Shown: piece by piece, positions 49,357 through 61,010 of the stretch
How positions within the stretch are numbered: the first letter of the stretch is position 1
How the letters are laid out: each line of letters opens with the position of its first letter
NCBI RefSeq assembly: GCF_000143415.4
Contig: NW_003314297.1
Span: 1,356,461-1,420,460 of the forward strand
DNA length: 64,000 nucleotides
From: Selaginella moellendorffii
Lineage: Eukaryota > Plantae > Lycopodiophyta
Direction: 5' to 3'
Notes under the pieces: model-generated
Told to the model about the DNA's origin: nothing
Databases searched by the model: none
The model's input: only the letters and a program-made list of their open reading frames with translations
Program-made: the position numbers and the translations under genes

Positions 49357-50572
49357 ATGGCTTCCAATGCAGCAGCGGGATTGCTCGTCCTCTTGGTGGC
49401 GCTCATCGCTTCGATCGCCAATGCTGATGGTAAGGAAGAACCATCGTCCTTTTTTGTTTCATCTTTGCGAGATTTCCTTTGATCGGTGACTTCGATCAGG
49501 TGGTCGCAAGCTAATGAAGAGCCAGGTGGAGCAGTACTACGACACTCCATCCCCGGTTTATCCCTCGCCATCCCCGGTTTATCAAAGCCCCAGTCCGGTA
49601 TACAAGTCTCCTCCATCCCCAGTTTATTCATCGCCTTCTCCAGTCTACAGTCCACCACCATCTCCAGTTTATTCTTCTCCTTCTCCAGTCTACAGCCCGC
49701 CACCATCTCCAGTTTATTCCTCACCATCTCCAGTTTATCACAGTCCCCCTCCTGTTTATTCCTCGCCATCTCCAGTTTATCACAGCCCCCCACCATCTCC
49801 AGTTTATTCATCGCCATCCCCGGTTTACAAGCCCTCTCCATCTCCATCCCCGGTTTACAAGCCATCTCCATCTCCATCCCCAGTTTACAAGCCATCTCCA
49901 TCTCCAGTTTATCACAGCCCTCCTCCGGTCTACTCCTCGCCATCCCCGGTTTATAAGCCATCGCCTTCCCCAGTTTACCACAGTCCACCTCCAGTCTATT
50001 CCTCTCCATCACCCGTGTATCACAGCCCACCTCCGGTTTACTCGTCTCCATCGCCTGTGTATCACAGCCCACCTCCGGTTTACACTTCTCCATCTCCGGT
50101 TTATCACAGCCCATCTCCAGTTTACGCTTCTCCATCTCCTGTATATCACAGTCCCTCTCCAGTGTATCAATCACCATCGCCAGTATACTCCTCGCCATCT
50201 CCAGTTTACAAGTCGCCACCATCCCCAGTATATTCTTCTCCATCCCCGGTTTACAGGTCGCCACCCTCGCCTGTATATTCATCTCCATCCCCAGTTTACA
50301 GGTCGCCACCTTCTCCGGTGTACTCGTCTCCGGCGCCAGTTTACAGATCGCCACCATCGCCGGTATATTCGTCCCCGTCTCCGGTCTATTCGCCGCCACC
50401 ATCGCCAGTTTATTCACCACCACCATCGCCGGTATACTCATCGCCATCGCCAGTCTACAAATCGTCACCGCCTCCGGTGTACTCGTCACCGTCGCCAGTG
50501 TACAAGCCCCCGACGCCGCCGCCGGTTTATTCGTCTCCATCGCCGGTTTATTCTTCGCCACCTCCCTACTGA
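49357..50572 (+). CDS. Extensin-like hydroxyproline-rich glycoprotein
   Basis: Signal-peptide exon MASNAAAGLLVLLVALIASIANAD, intron 49430-49499, then dozens of SPSPVY/SPPPVY repeats; TATAAATA near 49206. Confidence 0.95.
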
Positions 50573-51105
50573 AGGATGCTTAGAATGTAAAGTTTCCATT
50601 CTCTGAAATTTCAATGAGCATTGTTTTCGGAAATATTGGTTTCCATTCTCCTAGAACAGTATGGGTTAACGTTTGAGCCGGAGAGGTTTTTCTTCGGCGA
50701 TGAGAGATCTTTCGCTTCAATTTAAGCTCTTCGCGTATGGTTTCCTGGACTCCGCGGATCGAGCAGAACAGCACCACCTTCATTCTTCTTTTTAGCTCTG
50801 GAGTTTCTCCAGCTAGATCTAAGTTCAATCCTACAGAAACTACTCTCCATCAACATATGCCGCACCTCCGCGCAGGATGATTTCACATATGATGTCAAAA
50901 CGGCCGCGGGTATTTAATCGACAATCGCAAAGACGGTGCTAGATCTGAAATTTAAAACAATGTGCGAAATCAGCTACTGAGAATCTTTAGCATAGCGGTA
51001 TATTCGCTTGAACCATAGACCCGCCGCATGGTTTTGAGCGAGGCATGCTGGCTCTCGGCGTCGATGGTATGTTCGATCCAAGGCTTCTTCGTTTCCTGCC
51101 CTGCA

Positions 51106-52870
51106 TGAATCCTCTAGAAAATTGTCAGCACTGCTTCGACAAATCTCGGCTCTTGGCACTCCACCAGGCCGGGAAAGCTCTGGCCGCCCTGTTCTAACCT
51201 CGACATTCGCTGGGAAGGGCAATCGAAAGAAGAAAGCTTCTTTCCCGGATCACTCCCAGCTCCGGCGCATTCTACTGCGCGATCTAGAGGATCACGGCCG
51301 AGTGATCTGTGGCACGCTCCATTCCGCGTCAGGGGCGTGATGACCGTGCTCGAATCGGAGGAATGCGAGAGCTTGGCGCTGAGGGTTGCCATCTACGACG
51401 AAGATCCGGCATGGCGCAGGAAATATGCCTCTGGGAAGAAAGGGGCCGTACTTCAAGCGCGGCGCCGACGGTGTTCTCTTCGTTCGCGTCGACAATCCCA
51501 GGTCCATTCAAGAGATCTCGAGCTTTGCTTGCGGTGACGATGATGCCCCCGCGAGTGACAGCGCTTCTTCTCCGCCAGGGAAGGACTACCCCGCCGCCAA
51601 CTCTCTCAAGACCGAAGGGAATCACTTCTTCGGCCTCAAGAACTGGAACAAGGCCATCGATCTTTACTCCCAGTGCGTGAAGAGGTGTGAGGCAGCGCTG
51701 GCGCGAGGATCCATCGCTGGCGACGCGGAGAACGCCCTCAAGGTAGAAGTTTTGCTGCCGGCGCTCTCCAATCGTGCCGAGGCTTTCCTGAAGCTCGAGG
51801 ACTTCGAGCACGCTCTGGTGGATTCAAACAAAGCGCGATGGTGGGCATATGAAGAGCACGCATCGCAAGGCGCAGGCACTGGAAGGCTTGCAAGAGTTTG
51901 AGAAGGCTGTGAGAAGGCGCTCGAGCTCTCTCCCTGGTCGTCGGCCGACCTCGCTCCATGCTTCGTGCATGCAAGGCTTGCGACCAGCAGAGCAAGACTG
52001 GGGAGTTCGAGATCGATGGTTTTTTCCAGAAGAAAGATCCGGCACCGAAATGCAGCGATTTCGTTGGGCCCGTGGACCTGATCGCTGCGGATGTCGACGA
52101 CAGTGGACGTGGTGTTGGGCTTTTTGCGACCAAGGACGTGAAAGTTGGCGAGCTTCTGGTCGTGAGCAACGCTCTTGCTACTGGGTACTACGGCACTCTT
52201 GCGTGAGCAACGTTTCTCTGGTTCAAGTTGGAGACGCCATGTTTGCTCACGCCGCTCGGGACATCAAGGCCGGGGAGGAGCTCTTTCTCAGCTCCTTCAA
52301 CACCTTGCAGCCTCTCGGGCGTCGGCAGGCCTTTGCAAGCGGCCTGGGATTCGCGTGCCGCTGCAAGCGGTGCCTGTTCGACAGCTCTCTCGAGATGCTT
52401 CTTCGGGACGTGGAGGATCGTTTCGAGGACGTTGTTCCTATGATCTAGGTCTGTTCAATCAGGACTGCTGCTGGAGATTTCACTCTGGCGCTGGAGAAGA
52501 AGCTCCAGCTGGTCGATGCTGATGAAGAGAAGTGCTGGCTGCGAGCTTCTTACACGCTTTCGTACCTCACTGCGGCTGTCAACTTGGAGCTCCTGGTGAA
52601 CTCTCCCGAGAGGATTTGCAGTGGCGAGGAGCTGCTGAAGTTCATCGAGACGACTTGCCCCGGCCACTCCGTGATGCTGGAATTCATGGCGAAGAAGGTT
52701 GGAACGATGATGTTTGGGAGGGGCGTAAAGCAAGGGCGGGCTTCTGGATAAGGAGCTTGTGATGCGAGTTCACAGGGCGGCTTTTGGTAGCAGGAAGTGC
52801 GATCTCAAGGGCGTGCTGAAGATCTGGTACAACCAGTGTGAGATGGTACGTTCGTTTCTAAGTTTTCACT
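51106..52870 (+). pseudogene. Disrupted TPR + SET-domain methyltransferase (ATXR1/SDG35-related architecture)
   Basis: TPR (LKTEGNHFF, LSNRAEAFLKL), SET-N (GRGVGLFATKDVKVGELLVV), SET-C (HSCVSN...AARDIKAGEEL...FACRCKRC) spread over several frames with stops. Confidence 0.85.
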
Positions 52871-53109
52871 TCGCTCTCATGTAACCAGTTTGTGTTGCAG
52901 ACTCCAAGCACTTTCGTTTGAAAGTTTCGTGACAACGAGTTCGTTCGATCTTATATGGTGTGGAATTTGGATTTCTAACTAAGGATTTTTTATTTACTCT
53001 TCTCTTTGCAGATCCAAGCACTCTTCGTGTTTTTTGTCTTCGATCTTATGCTTTCAATGTAAAGATATATCTATTTTGTCATGGTGTGATTCAATCTATG
53101 GTGAGTGAG

Positions 53110-53285
53110 CTTGTTTGGGAGAGGTGTGAAGCATGCCAACGGATGCAAAGGCGGGCTCCTTGACAAGGAGTTTGTGATATGAGGTCAAAAGGCGGCTTTT
53201 GGTAGCAGGCCGATCTCAAGGATGTGGTGAAGATCTGGTACAACCAGTGGGATGGTACGTTCGTTCCTATGTTTTCACTTCGTTT
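53110..53285 (+). repeat. Diverged duplicate of the TPR-SET 3' end (copy of ~52710-52873; shorter third copy at ~60766-60830)
   Basis: Shared ggcggcttttggtagcagg...gatctcaagg...tgaagatctggtacaaccagtg...atggtacgttcgtt. Confidence 0.85.
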
Positions 53286-53329
53286 TTTCGTTTGTTTTTT
53301 GAAAGTTACTTTATTGGTTCCTCGCCAAT

Positions 53330-53710
53330 GGGCTTGTCGCGATGTGGCAAATCAGAACGAGGAAATGCTGGTGGTCGGGAGTTTGACGATTGCTCGCTAC
53401 AGAGGGCAAGCTCAGGAAAATATGGGGAATTTCTTAACGCGGCGTGCTGGCAAGAACAAGGATTTGCGGTATTTCTCCTTCCTGTTTCTCAGGGTGAGGT
53501 TGAGCTCCGGGCGGAAGAGTCTAGCCCGACGACGCGATTGAGGAAGCGAAGAATCCGTCCAGGAGATGCAAGGAAGACTGCGAGTGACAAGGACGCGCCG
53601 GATGAGGGAGGAAACAGCTATGCCGCGATCAACGAAGCCAAGGAGGAGCTCAAGGACAACTGACCATCTCGAATGCCAGCGATGTGGAAAAATCTCGAGA
53701 AGGGATCTAA
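53330..53710 (+). pseudogene. Deleted copy of the LEA-like gene at 61011-61731
   Basis: Near-identical blocks gctcgctacagagggca.gctcaggaaaatatggggaatttctta and gcgatcaacgaagccaaggaggagctcaaggacaa, with internal deletions. Confidence 0.85.
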
Positions 53711-53731
53711 GGAAGCGAGTGAGTTATAATC

Positions 53732-53756
53732 ATTTGAACCTTCGACCTTGTGGTTA
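53732..53756 (-). pseudogene. 3'-half fragment of tRNA-Asn
   Basis: atttgaaccttcgaccttgtggtta versus intact attcgaacctctgaccttgtggtta at ~61814-61838. Confidence 0.6.
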
Positions 53757-54599
53757 GCTAAGTTATTGATAAAGGTTCCGCTCCTCTGTGTCATGGTCTT
53801 GGCATCGTTTCCTGGAGGGTCTTGTGCTCCGTTGCTCCTGGAGTTCGTTGATGATGAAGACTTCCATGATTTGTGCTCGTGCGTTTGTCGTCGGCAATCC
53901 ATGTTGGTGAGGTACCGCTAGCGGTGTTGCAAGTCCAGGGGCGGCTAGTAGTTGGGTGTTCCAGTCAGTGCAGAGGTGCATACTTCATGGAACTTTGGTT
54001 GGTTGTGCCTAATTCGAGTGGCTCCCTGTTCCGTATCATGCAATTGTTCTCTTGTTGTGCCATACATCTCGTCCGGGTTGATCTCCTGTGTATAAGTGGT
54101 ACTTGGTTTTGGCTTTCCTGTTGTTGATCCACTCGATCAAGGTTGTGTCTAAAGGTCAGTGTTTTCCTTGAAGCTCTTGAGCAAGTGGTCGAGATTGTGT
54201 CCAAATCTGGTCATCCATCTGACTACGTCGTGCCACCCTCCTGTCCCGTGTTGTTGATCCAGTTGTTTGGAGTCCTCAATGGCAAGTCCGCAAGCTTTCC
54301 TCCTCGTAGGAACCAGTTCTTCTGCACACCAACACACTCTGCTGCGTCTTTCAGACTCGATTCACGCTGGGTCTGCTGTGAGCGCCGGGAAACCGGCACA
54401 CGCACCCCCACCCCCTCGCTGGGTGTCCAAACAGTGAAGATAGAGGATAGTTCGGCTCCATGCCGTGGTCTCTATGGGCAAAAGGCCAGCTTTGGTCCCC
54501 ACCGTAAAGCACCACTGTTGTGCGGTAGTATACCTTTTTGGCTTCCCGGCAAGTGGTGACAGTTCTAGTGTAGAGCTTGTTCCACTGCCCTTCGTGCTG

Positions 54600-56500
54600 C
54601 CTAGCTAGGGAAATTGTCCATCAAATGTAATTCCATGCTTCTTTCCTGCGTTTTGCATAAAGCAACTTACATTGGTAATAACAGTGAGATTTTGCCATTG
54701 CAAGATACATTAGAGCATCAACAATATTTTGATAGTTTTAGGATTTCTCCCCCTAACTTTAGAAAAAAATTCTTCACAGTGTTGACATAACGAAGAGATA
54801 AATTGAGAAAAATACATGTATTCTATTGATGCAGAATAAACTTTCATGATAATCTATTGTAATGTATTTGCAAGACCAAGCCAATATGATATCTCACTGA
54901 GATCAGTTCATCCATATAGATAATAATGATTGAAATTGTAGCAAACATAAATATTCTTTGTCCTTATGAATCCAGGAAATTTATTAATTGTGGGAAAGAA
55001 ACCTTCATCAAATATCACACAAGAAGTGGAGTTAAAATATGTATAATTATAAGTGGGAGAGATGATATTTCAATAGCATTGTACTTATTGAACAAGATTA
55101 TGAAGGGTTGTTAATGCAAATGCATGTATAAGTTTTACAAAATCTTAATGAACATACCTAATTTGATCTATTTTAACATATTTAGCTCTGCACTAAATAA
55201 AAAACTTTAGAAATGAATACTATATTGCATAATTGACATAATTGCTAAAAAGTATTGTCATAATTATCAATATATCCAAAAGTGTATTTTGCATAAGTGG
55301 TGGTGCTCAATTATAATGTTGTACCTTGAAGATATATTGGAAACTTACATAGATATTGAACATCATCCTAAGAATTATAGATGGCAATCACTATAAAATG
55401 ATTAACTAATAGTACATATCATCTCTAAAATTCTTACAAAAATAATTCCACCAAAACTTAAATATTAGTAATAAAAGCAAAGAGTTACACCACATGTCAT
55501 GAATGTATTTTAATTGTTTAGTTGTAATGGCATAACATATGTAATTGCACTAATTATTGCTCTAGAATAGAAAGAAGAGGAGGCCACTATAAAAGAGTAT
55601 GTTACTTTATTATAAAGATGAGAAAAAAGAAGCAAAAAGAAAAAAAAGCAAAAGAGATCAAAGGCTAAATCTAAATTAAAAATAGAAATCGAAGCACACC
55701 TCAAGGACAATCATATTTTTCTTTAAATATAAGTGTATAAAATATAAAAATGTGCAATTTTGATTAACCCAAAAAAAACCTTAATTTATAAATGGTTCAA
55801 ATTAAAACCTTAAAAAAACTATAAAAAATTGTAGACCACATATTTCAAGTTTGAGTGTGTTAAATGCACCAATTCTAACATCTCGTCAAGTTGAAGCATA
55901 CAGCATTTAGAAAGAATACTTGTGATTCCAGTGATTGGGTGAGTTTAACTTATTTTCTTCTTTTATGTGTTGCTTTTGGAATTTCCTCATCACTAGAATG
56001 TTCTCCTTAGCAGCAAGGAACCTGAATGCGGTGGGAGCACTGCAATCTTATTAAAAAACAGCATTTCTAAAGTTTTAGTCTAATGCTTCATAGTCATGTA
56101 AACAATATATAATGAATACTTCAGTACCATTTGAATAGGCTCAACATTTGGCAGTAAGTCTACTGCAAATAAATTGGATCCATCCCCTTAGAACACTTAA
56201 AAAACTGATTACGACCGTTCTGGGTACGACCCCCAAACCATGTCACCCTTTGAATTGATCAGTCCGTTGAGCTGTACTGTGGGAAACTGAAACACGCAAG
56301 TTGTTCCAGCCATCCAAACTCATCTTCGCATTTGCTCACATATAAACATAATTCAAATGCAATTTGTTGGAAGGTCAAGGTTGTAATGTCAACAAAAACA
56401 TATTTTATGGAGTTAGAGTACGTATCCACATGGTTGTGGTTGACAATAAAGATTTAATGCCCATAAAATTGATCTATGAAAGATGTGTTGTATGACACCT
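54600..56500. other. AT-rich, CG-poor non-coding island (probable decayed TE)
   Basis: Composition like the 20-24.9 kb island; no recognisable motif. Confidence 0.5.
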
Positions 56501-56717
56501 TGAGCACGGTTTTCCATCGGGCTCCTCCCAAAGTCACATATTCTGATTTTAGAAGGCCTCAAAAAATCTTGAATCGCTTGCGTGAGGGGTCAGATGGATT
56601 CCGAACATCCTGTCAATCATCTCGCCACTCTCGTCCACGGGTCTGACCGCCCTCGCCTCAGGAGCGAATGATCAGGTGAGACGCCTAGAGATAGATCTTA
56701 GGCCACGAGCAAGAATC

Positions 56718-59700
56718 ATGGTGGATCCAGGCTTTGTCTCGGCGCTCATTGCAGAGATAGTGCACCTGGCGATAGTAGAAGCGGCTAAGGTTGTGATGTG
56801 CCGGGAATACTGTATGCAATTAGCAAAAATGGTGGATTCTTGTGTCAAGCCGGTCGTGTCTGAACTGGGGAGCCTTGGGAACAATCCGCAGCTCAAGAAT
56901 GTTGCTGACACCTGGCTTGCAAGCCTTCGGGCCTGCCTAGAAGATGCGCAGGCAGTGATCATCGAGTGCAGGAGCGTGCATTCCTTCAACGTTTTCGTCA
57001 AGTAAGATGCATTCTTCTTTCTTCTGAGTAACGCATCAATTGATCAGTGCATCGTTCTGCAGGTACAGGCTCTCGCGCAGAATCATGAGTATTCTGGTCA
57101 AGATAAAGGAACTTCACGAGGCTGCCAGTACTTGGAACGTGGCCCTGTCTGCCAAGGTTGTCACACAATGCAGTGAGGTACTACGGTTGCTTCAAGACAA
57201 TTACAGATACGTTTCACTTTCGGCAAAGACCTGTGGATGCACACAGTCTGAGAGTTATAGCAAAGATCGTGCGATTTTTGAGATAACGAATGAAGCAACG
57301 AGTCACTCGGCTGGTTTAGACGTGGTCGACGAGCCAACTACAGAACTTCAGCCGATTCCGAAGCTGGTGTTTGGACTGGAGGAATTGAGCAGCCGACTTG
57401 AAGCAGTCCTTCGAGATGGCACAGGACGATGGGTTGGTGTTTGGGGCAAGGGAGGTTCAGGAAAGACGCTGTTGACACAAACTGTCACTAACAGTTTATC
57501 GGTGAACAATCACTTTGGAGGAAAGGTATATTGGCTCACGGTTGCACGAAATCCCAACATTGCCAGGTTGCAAAGTAGATTACGCAAACACATCGGCCGT
57601 GGGGAGCAGCTCTTTTCATCCGAGGAAGCTGGCAGGAAAACCCTCATCAACTGCTTGAAGAACAGCAAAGTGTTGTTGATCTTGGACGATGTGTGGGATG
57701 GAAATGTGCTGCAGTGGTTTGATGTGGTGGATGCTCCAGGCAGCAAAATTCTGTTGACTTCCCGGAACAACAGTGTCTTTGACAAGGTGCCATCAACGGT
57801 CATCGAAGTGAAACTGCTTTCGGATGAGCATAGTTGGAATCTCTTCTGTGGCTGTGCATTTCCGGGACAAGACCGGCAACAGCTAGAACACGACATGGAA
57901 CCAATACTTGCCGAAAGAGTAAAGCAAGTGGTCTCTGAGTGCAAAGGACTGCCTTTAGCTCTCAAAGTCATTGGTGGAAGCATGGCAGGCAAGCAGCAGC
58001 TAGGCGACTGGGATTCTACATTACGCAAGTTGAAGAATGCCGAGGTTTTGAACGAGGAACAAGAGAACCAGGTGTATCACAGACTCAAGCTTAGCTATGA
58101 CGAACTCGATATGATTGACAAAGCCCGAGGCAGAGCACTGCAAGAGTGCTTTCTCTACTTCGCAGCCTTTCCTGAGGATGCAGTTATAGAGGTGGAGCAG
58201 CTCATTGGGTATTGGATTGGTGATGGCTTGATAGGATACAAAGACGATGAAGATCCTCAGGTTGAGGCTTATTACATTCTGGGCCAGCTTATAGGACGCT
58301 CACTCGTGGATCTGGAAGTAGGTTGGACATATAGCCAGAACACGAAGTTCTTGAGTTGCAAAATACACGATGTGCTTCGGGATATGGCGATTTACATATT
58401 GGAAAACCAGAAGAAGGCCACTGAGTATGCGTGCCTGTTTCTGTCTGGAAGGGAGTTTCCTGCAGGACTATGCAAAGGTACTGGCCAAGAGAAGTTCAAC
58501 GCTAAGAAGCTTTCTTTGATAGGAAATCAGGTGGAGAACGTCGATAAGCTTGGAACTCGGGCTCCGGATGTGGAAGTGCTACTCCTTAGCAACAACATTC
58601 AGCTGAAACATCTTACCGGACGGTTTCTGTGGAGCTTTAAAAAGCTCCGTGTACTGGACCTGAGCAGGACGGGCTTAATATCTCTTCCCATGGAGATTGG
58701 GAAGCTCAAAGAGTTGGTCGTCCTCGACATTAGTTATAGCAGCATCCGATCTGTGCCGGACTCTTTGGGCAGGCTGGTGAAGTTGGAACATCTGAACATG
58801 CAAAACTGTCCATTGAAGAGCTTTCCAGTGCACAAAGTATCGAATCTCGTCAACTTGCGTTATCTCAACACAAGAGGGTGTGGAGATATTTGGGACCAAA
58901 ACCGGCACAGTCCTTGCAGCTGTGTAACATCTGAACTTCCAATACAAGGCCTAAAGAATCTAGCAGCCTTGCAAATGTTGACCAGGTTATGGATCAGCAG
59001 CCGAACTACAGAACGCTTCCCTGCTATCTCTTCAACCAGGCTGGTACATCTCAGCCTTTACTTCGAACAACTTTCAGTCATTCCAGACGAGCTCCAGTCT
59101 CTGGCCGCTCTAGAGGTTCTCGATGTCAACACTTGCAGATTACTCCAGAAGCTACCGGACTATCTCGCCAAGTCCTTCTTGGGACTGCTTGCTCTCGACC
59201 TTCGTGGCTGCACGTCGTTGTCGCAACTTCCTTCAGATCTGCAGGAACTACAATGGCTTCAAAAGCTGGATCTTGAAGGCTGCTTGTCCTTGCAATCTCT
59301 ACCAGAGGCTTTCGGAAGTTCAGGTGCATTTCCTTCGTTACAAGAGCTTTTCATGACGGGATGCAGAAGACTAGAAGCATTTCCAGAATTGCAACCAGGG
59401 GCGCTTCCTCGTCTTCGTATGCTCAAACTGCCGTTTTGTGCGCGCCTGCAACACTTGGATATACATCCCAAGGCGCTGCCCAACCTTGTCCACTTGAACC
59501 TGGGTGGCTGTGCCGGATTGAAAGAGCTCCCTGACGAGGAAGCGTTGAGATATTTTTCATACTTGGAGGAGCTGGTTTTGAACAACACGCAAATATCTAG
59601 CTTACCTGCGAGTATAGGACTGCTTCCAAGGCTGAAGAAGCTGGATTTGAAGCAATGCATGCAACTGAGAGCGTTACCATGGGTTGATTTAAGCGGTGAC

Positions 59701-60747
59701 TACTTCATCAGCTTGGAAGAGATATCTATGCAAGGAATTCCCATTCGAGAACTGCCCAAGGTTTTGGCTGCAGCACCACAGCTCCGAAAAATGGACCTCA
59801 CGGACTGCGACTTCATAACCCTGACGGACGAGGTGTTCGGCTTGTTGAAAACCAGAAACGTTAATCTCATCAGAGCCAACGTTCAGATCATATCTGCTCT
59901 GAATGAAGCGGAAATGGGGCATGAGCACGAAGCAGACAAAGAACCGATAAAGCAGAAGCCAGAAACTGGGAAAGCAGCTGAGAACACTTCAGAGACGAAT
60001 ACCGACCAACATGAATCTGCTACTGTCTTGGATCCGAGTAGTTCAAAAACGAGATCTACAACCAACCAGCACAGTACCTCCTTTCCTTCATTCAACAATT
60101 TCCTAGACTGGTTAGCAGGATTCATAGACGAAACCAGTATAGATGAAGATGTAGAATATCAGAAGCTGGCAAAGGATGCAAACGGCTACGATCCTGGTCA
60201 TGTGCGGAGGGTCGATTTGCGAGACATGAAACTGCAACTCTTCAAGCGAGGATTGGAAGATCATCTGGTGCTGGGCTCATGCAGCGGAGACGTCATCACT
60301 GAGGAGGTCCTCAAAAACCTGGCCTGTACGAGCTGGAACGTGCACTCGTATGTTGGTGCTCGTTTCCTGGCAAACGGTTTCTTCGAGCTGGCATTCGCAA
60401 ACTCGCTGGATGTTCAGAAGTTGCTGGAGAAGCGGTTTGCGCAGTATGAAGATCGCGTGATCCTCTTCCAGCCTTTCCAGCAAGACTTCAACCCCAACGA
60501 GGTTGGGAATATCAAAGCAGCTGTTTGGGTGGGATTGCCCCTCCTGCCGACGGATTGCTTGCATCCCAAAGTTTTGAAGGCGGTTGGGAATGCACTTGGT
60601 AGCTACTTGGCATATGAGCTTGACGGTGGAAGGCTTCCCAGGGTTTGCTTCGCATGCACCATCCAACAAGAACGGGAGTTGCCTAGTGAACTGGAGCTGG
60701 TTCTCCCATCCGGCAAAGTCTGGCTGCAGCGCTTGGTATGGTCGTAG
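56718..60747 (+). CDS. RPW8-like CC-NB-ARC-LRR immune receptor with C-terminal DUF4283-like integrated domain
   Basis: Exon 1 RPW8-like helix bundle (...FNVFVK|YRLSRRI; intron 57002-57062); P-loop GKGGSGKT, LLILDDVW, KILLTSR, GLPLAL, CFLYFAAFPED, IHD; LRRs; C-terminal ANGFFELAF...VWVGLPLLP...VGNALG. Confidence 0.93.
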
Positions 60748-60915
60748 ACAAAAGGTGGGATTTTGAGCGTGAAGCATGCAAGGAGCTTGTGATGAGAGTT
60801 CACAGAGTGGCTTGTGATAAATGCGATCTAAACGAAAAGTGATGAGAGTTCACAAAGTGGCTGTGACGAAAGTAAATGTGGTCTTAGTTTGACGCGTGTA
60901 AGGCTGTGGCGTTGT

Positions 60916-60955
60916 AACGTGTCGTTCTCTCCAATGACCACGTGGTGACACGTGT
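60916..60955 (+). promoter_or_regulatory. Cluster of ABRE/G-box elements upstream of the LEA-like gene
   Basis: AACGTGTC, CCACGTGG and GACACGTGT within 40 bp. Confidence 0.65.
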
Positions 60956-61010
60956 ATTGGTCCACCTATTGGTGTTTAAAGGTTTTAGGGTTCTTCGGCA
61001 GGGCAGAGCA

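Noticed and set aside
49239-50561. 440 aa antisense repetitive ORF (KLEM/KPGM repeats)
   Set aside because: Shadow of the extensin repeat; the plus strand has the signal peptide, intron and TATA box
49540-50570. Regular repeats as a possible CRISPR-like array
   Set aside because: Coding tandem repeats with synonymous variation and no unique spacers; eukaryotic context
53760-54600. Possible LINE reverse-transcriptase/zf-RVT remnant on the minus strand
   Set aside because: Only faint Trp/His spacing resemblance; no diagnostic motif could be read
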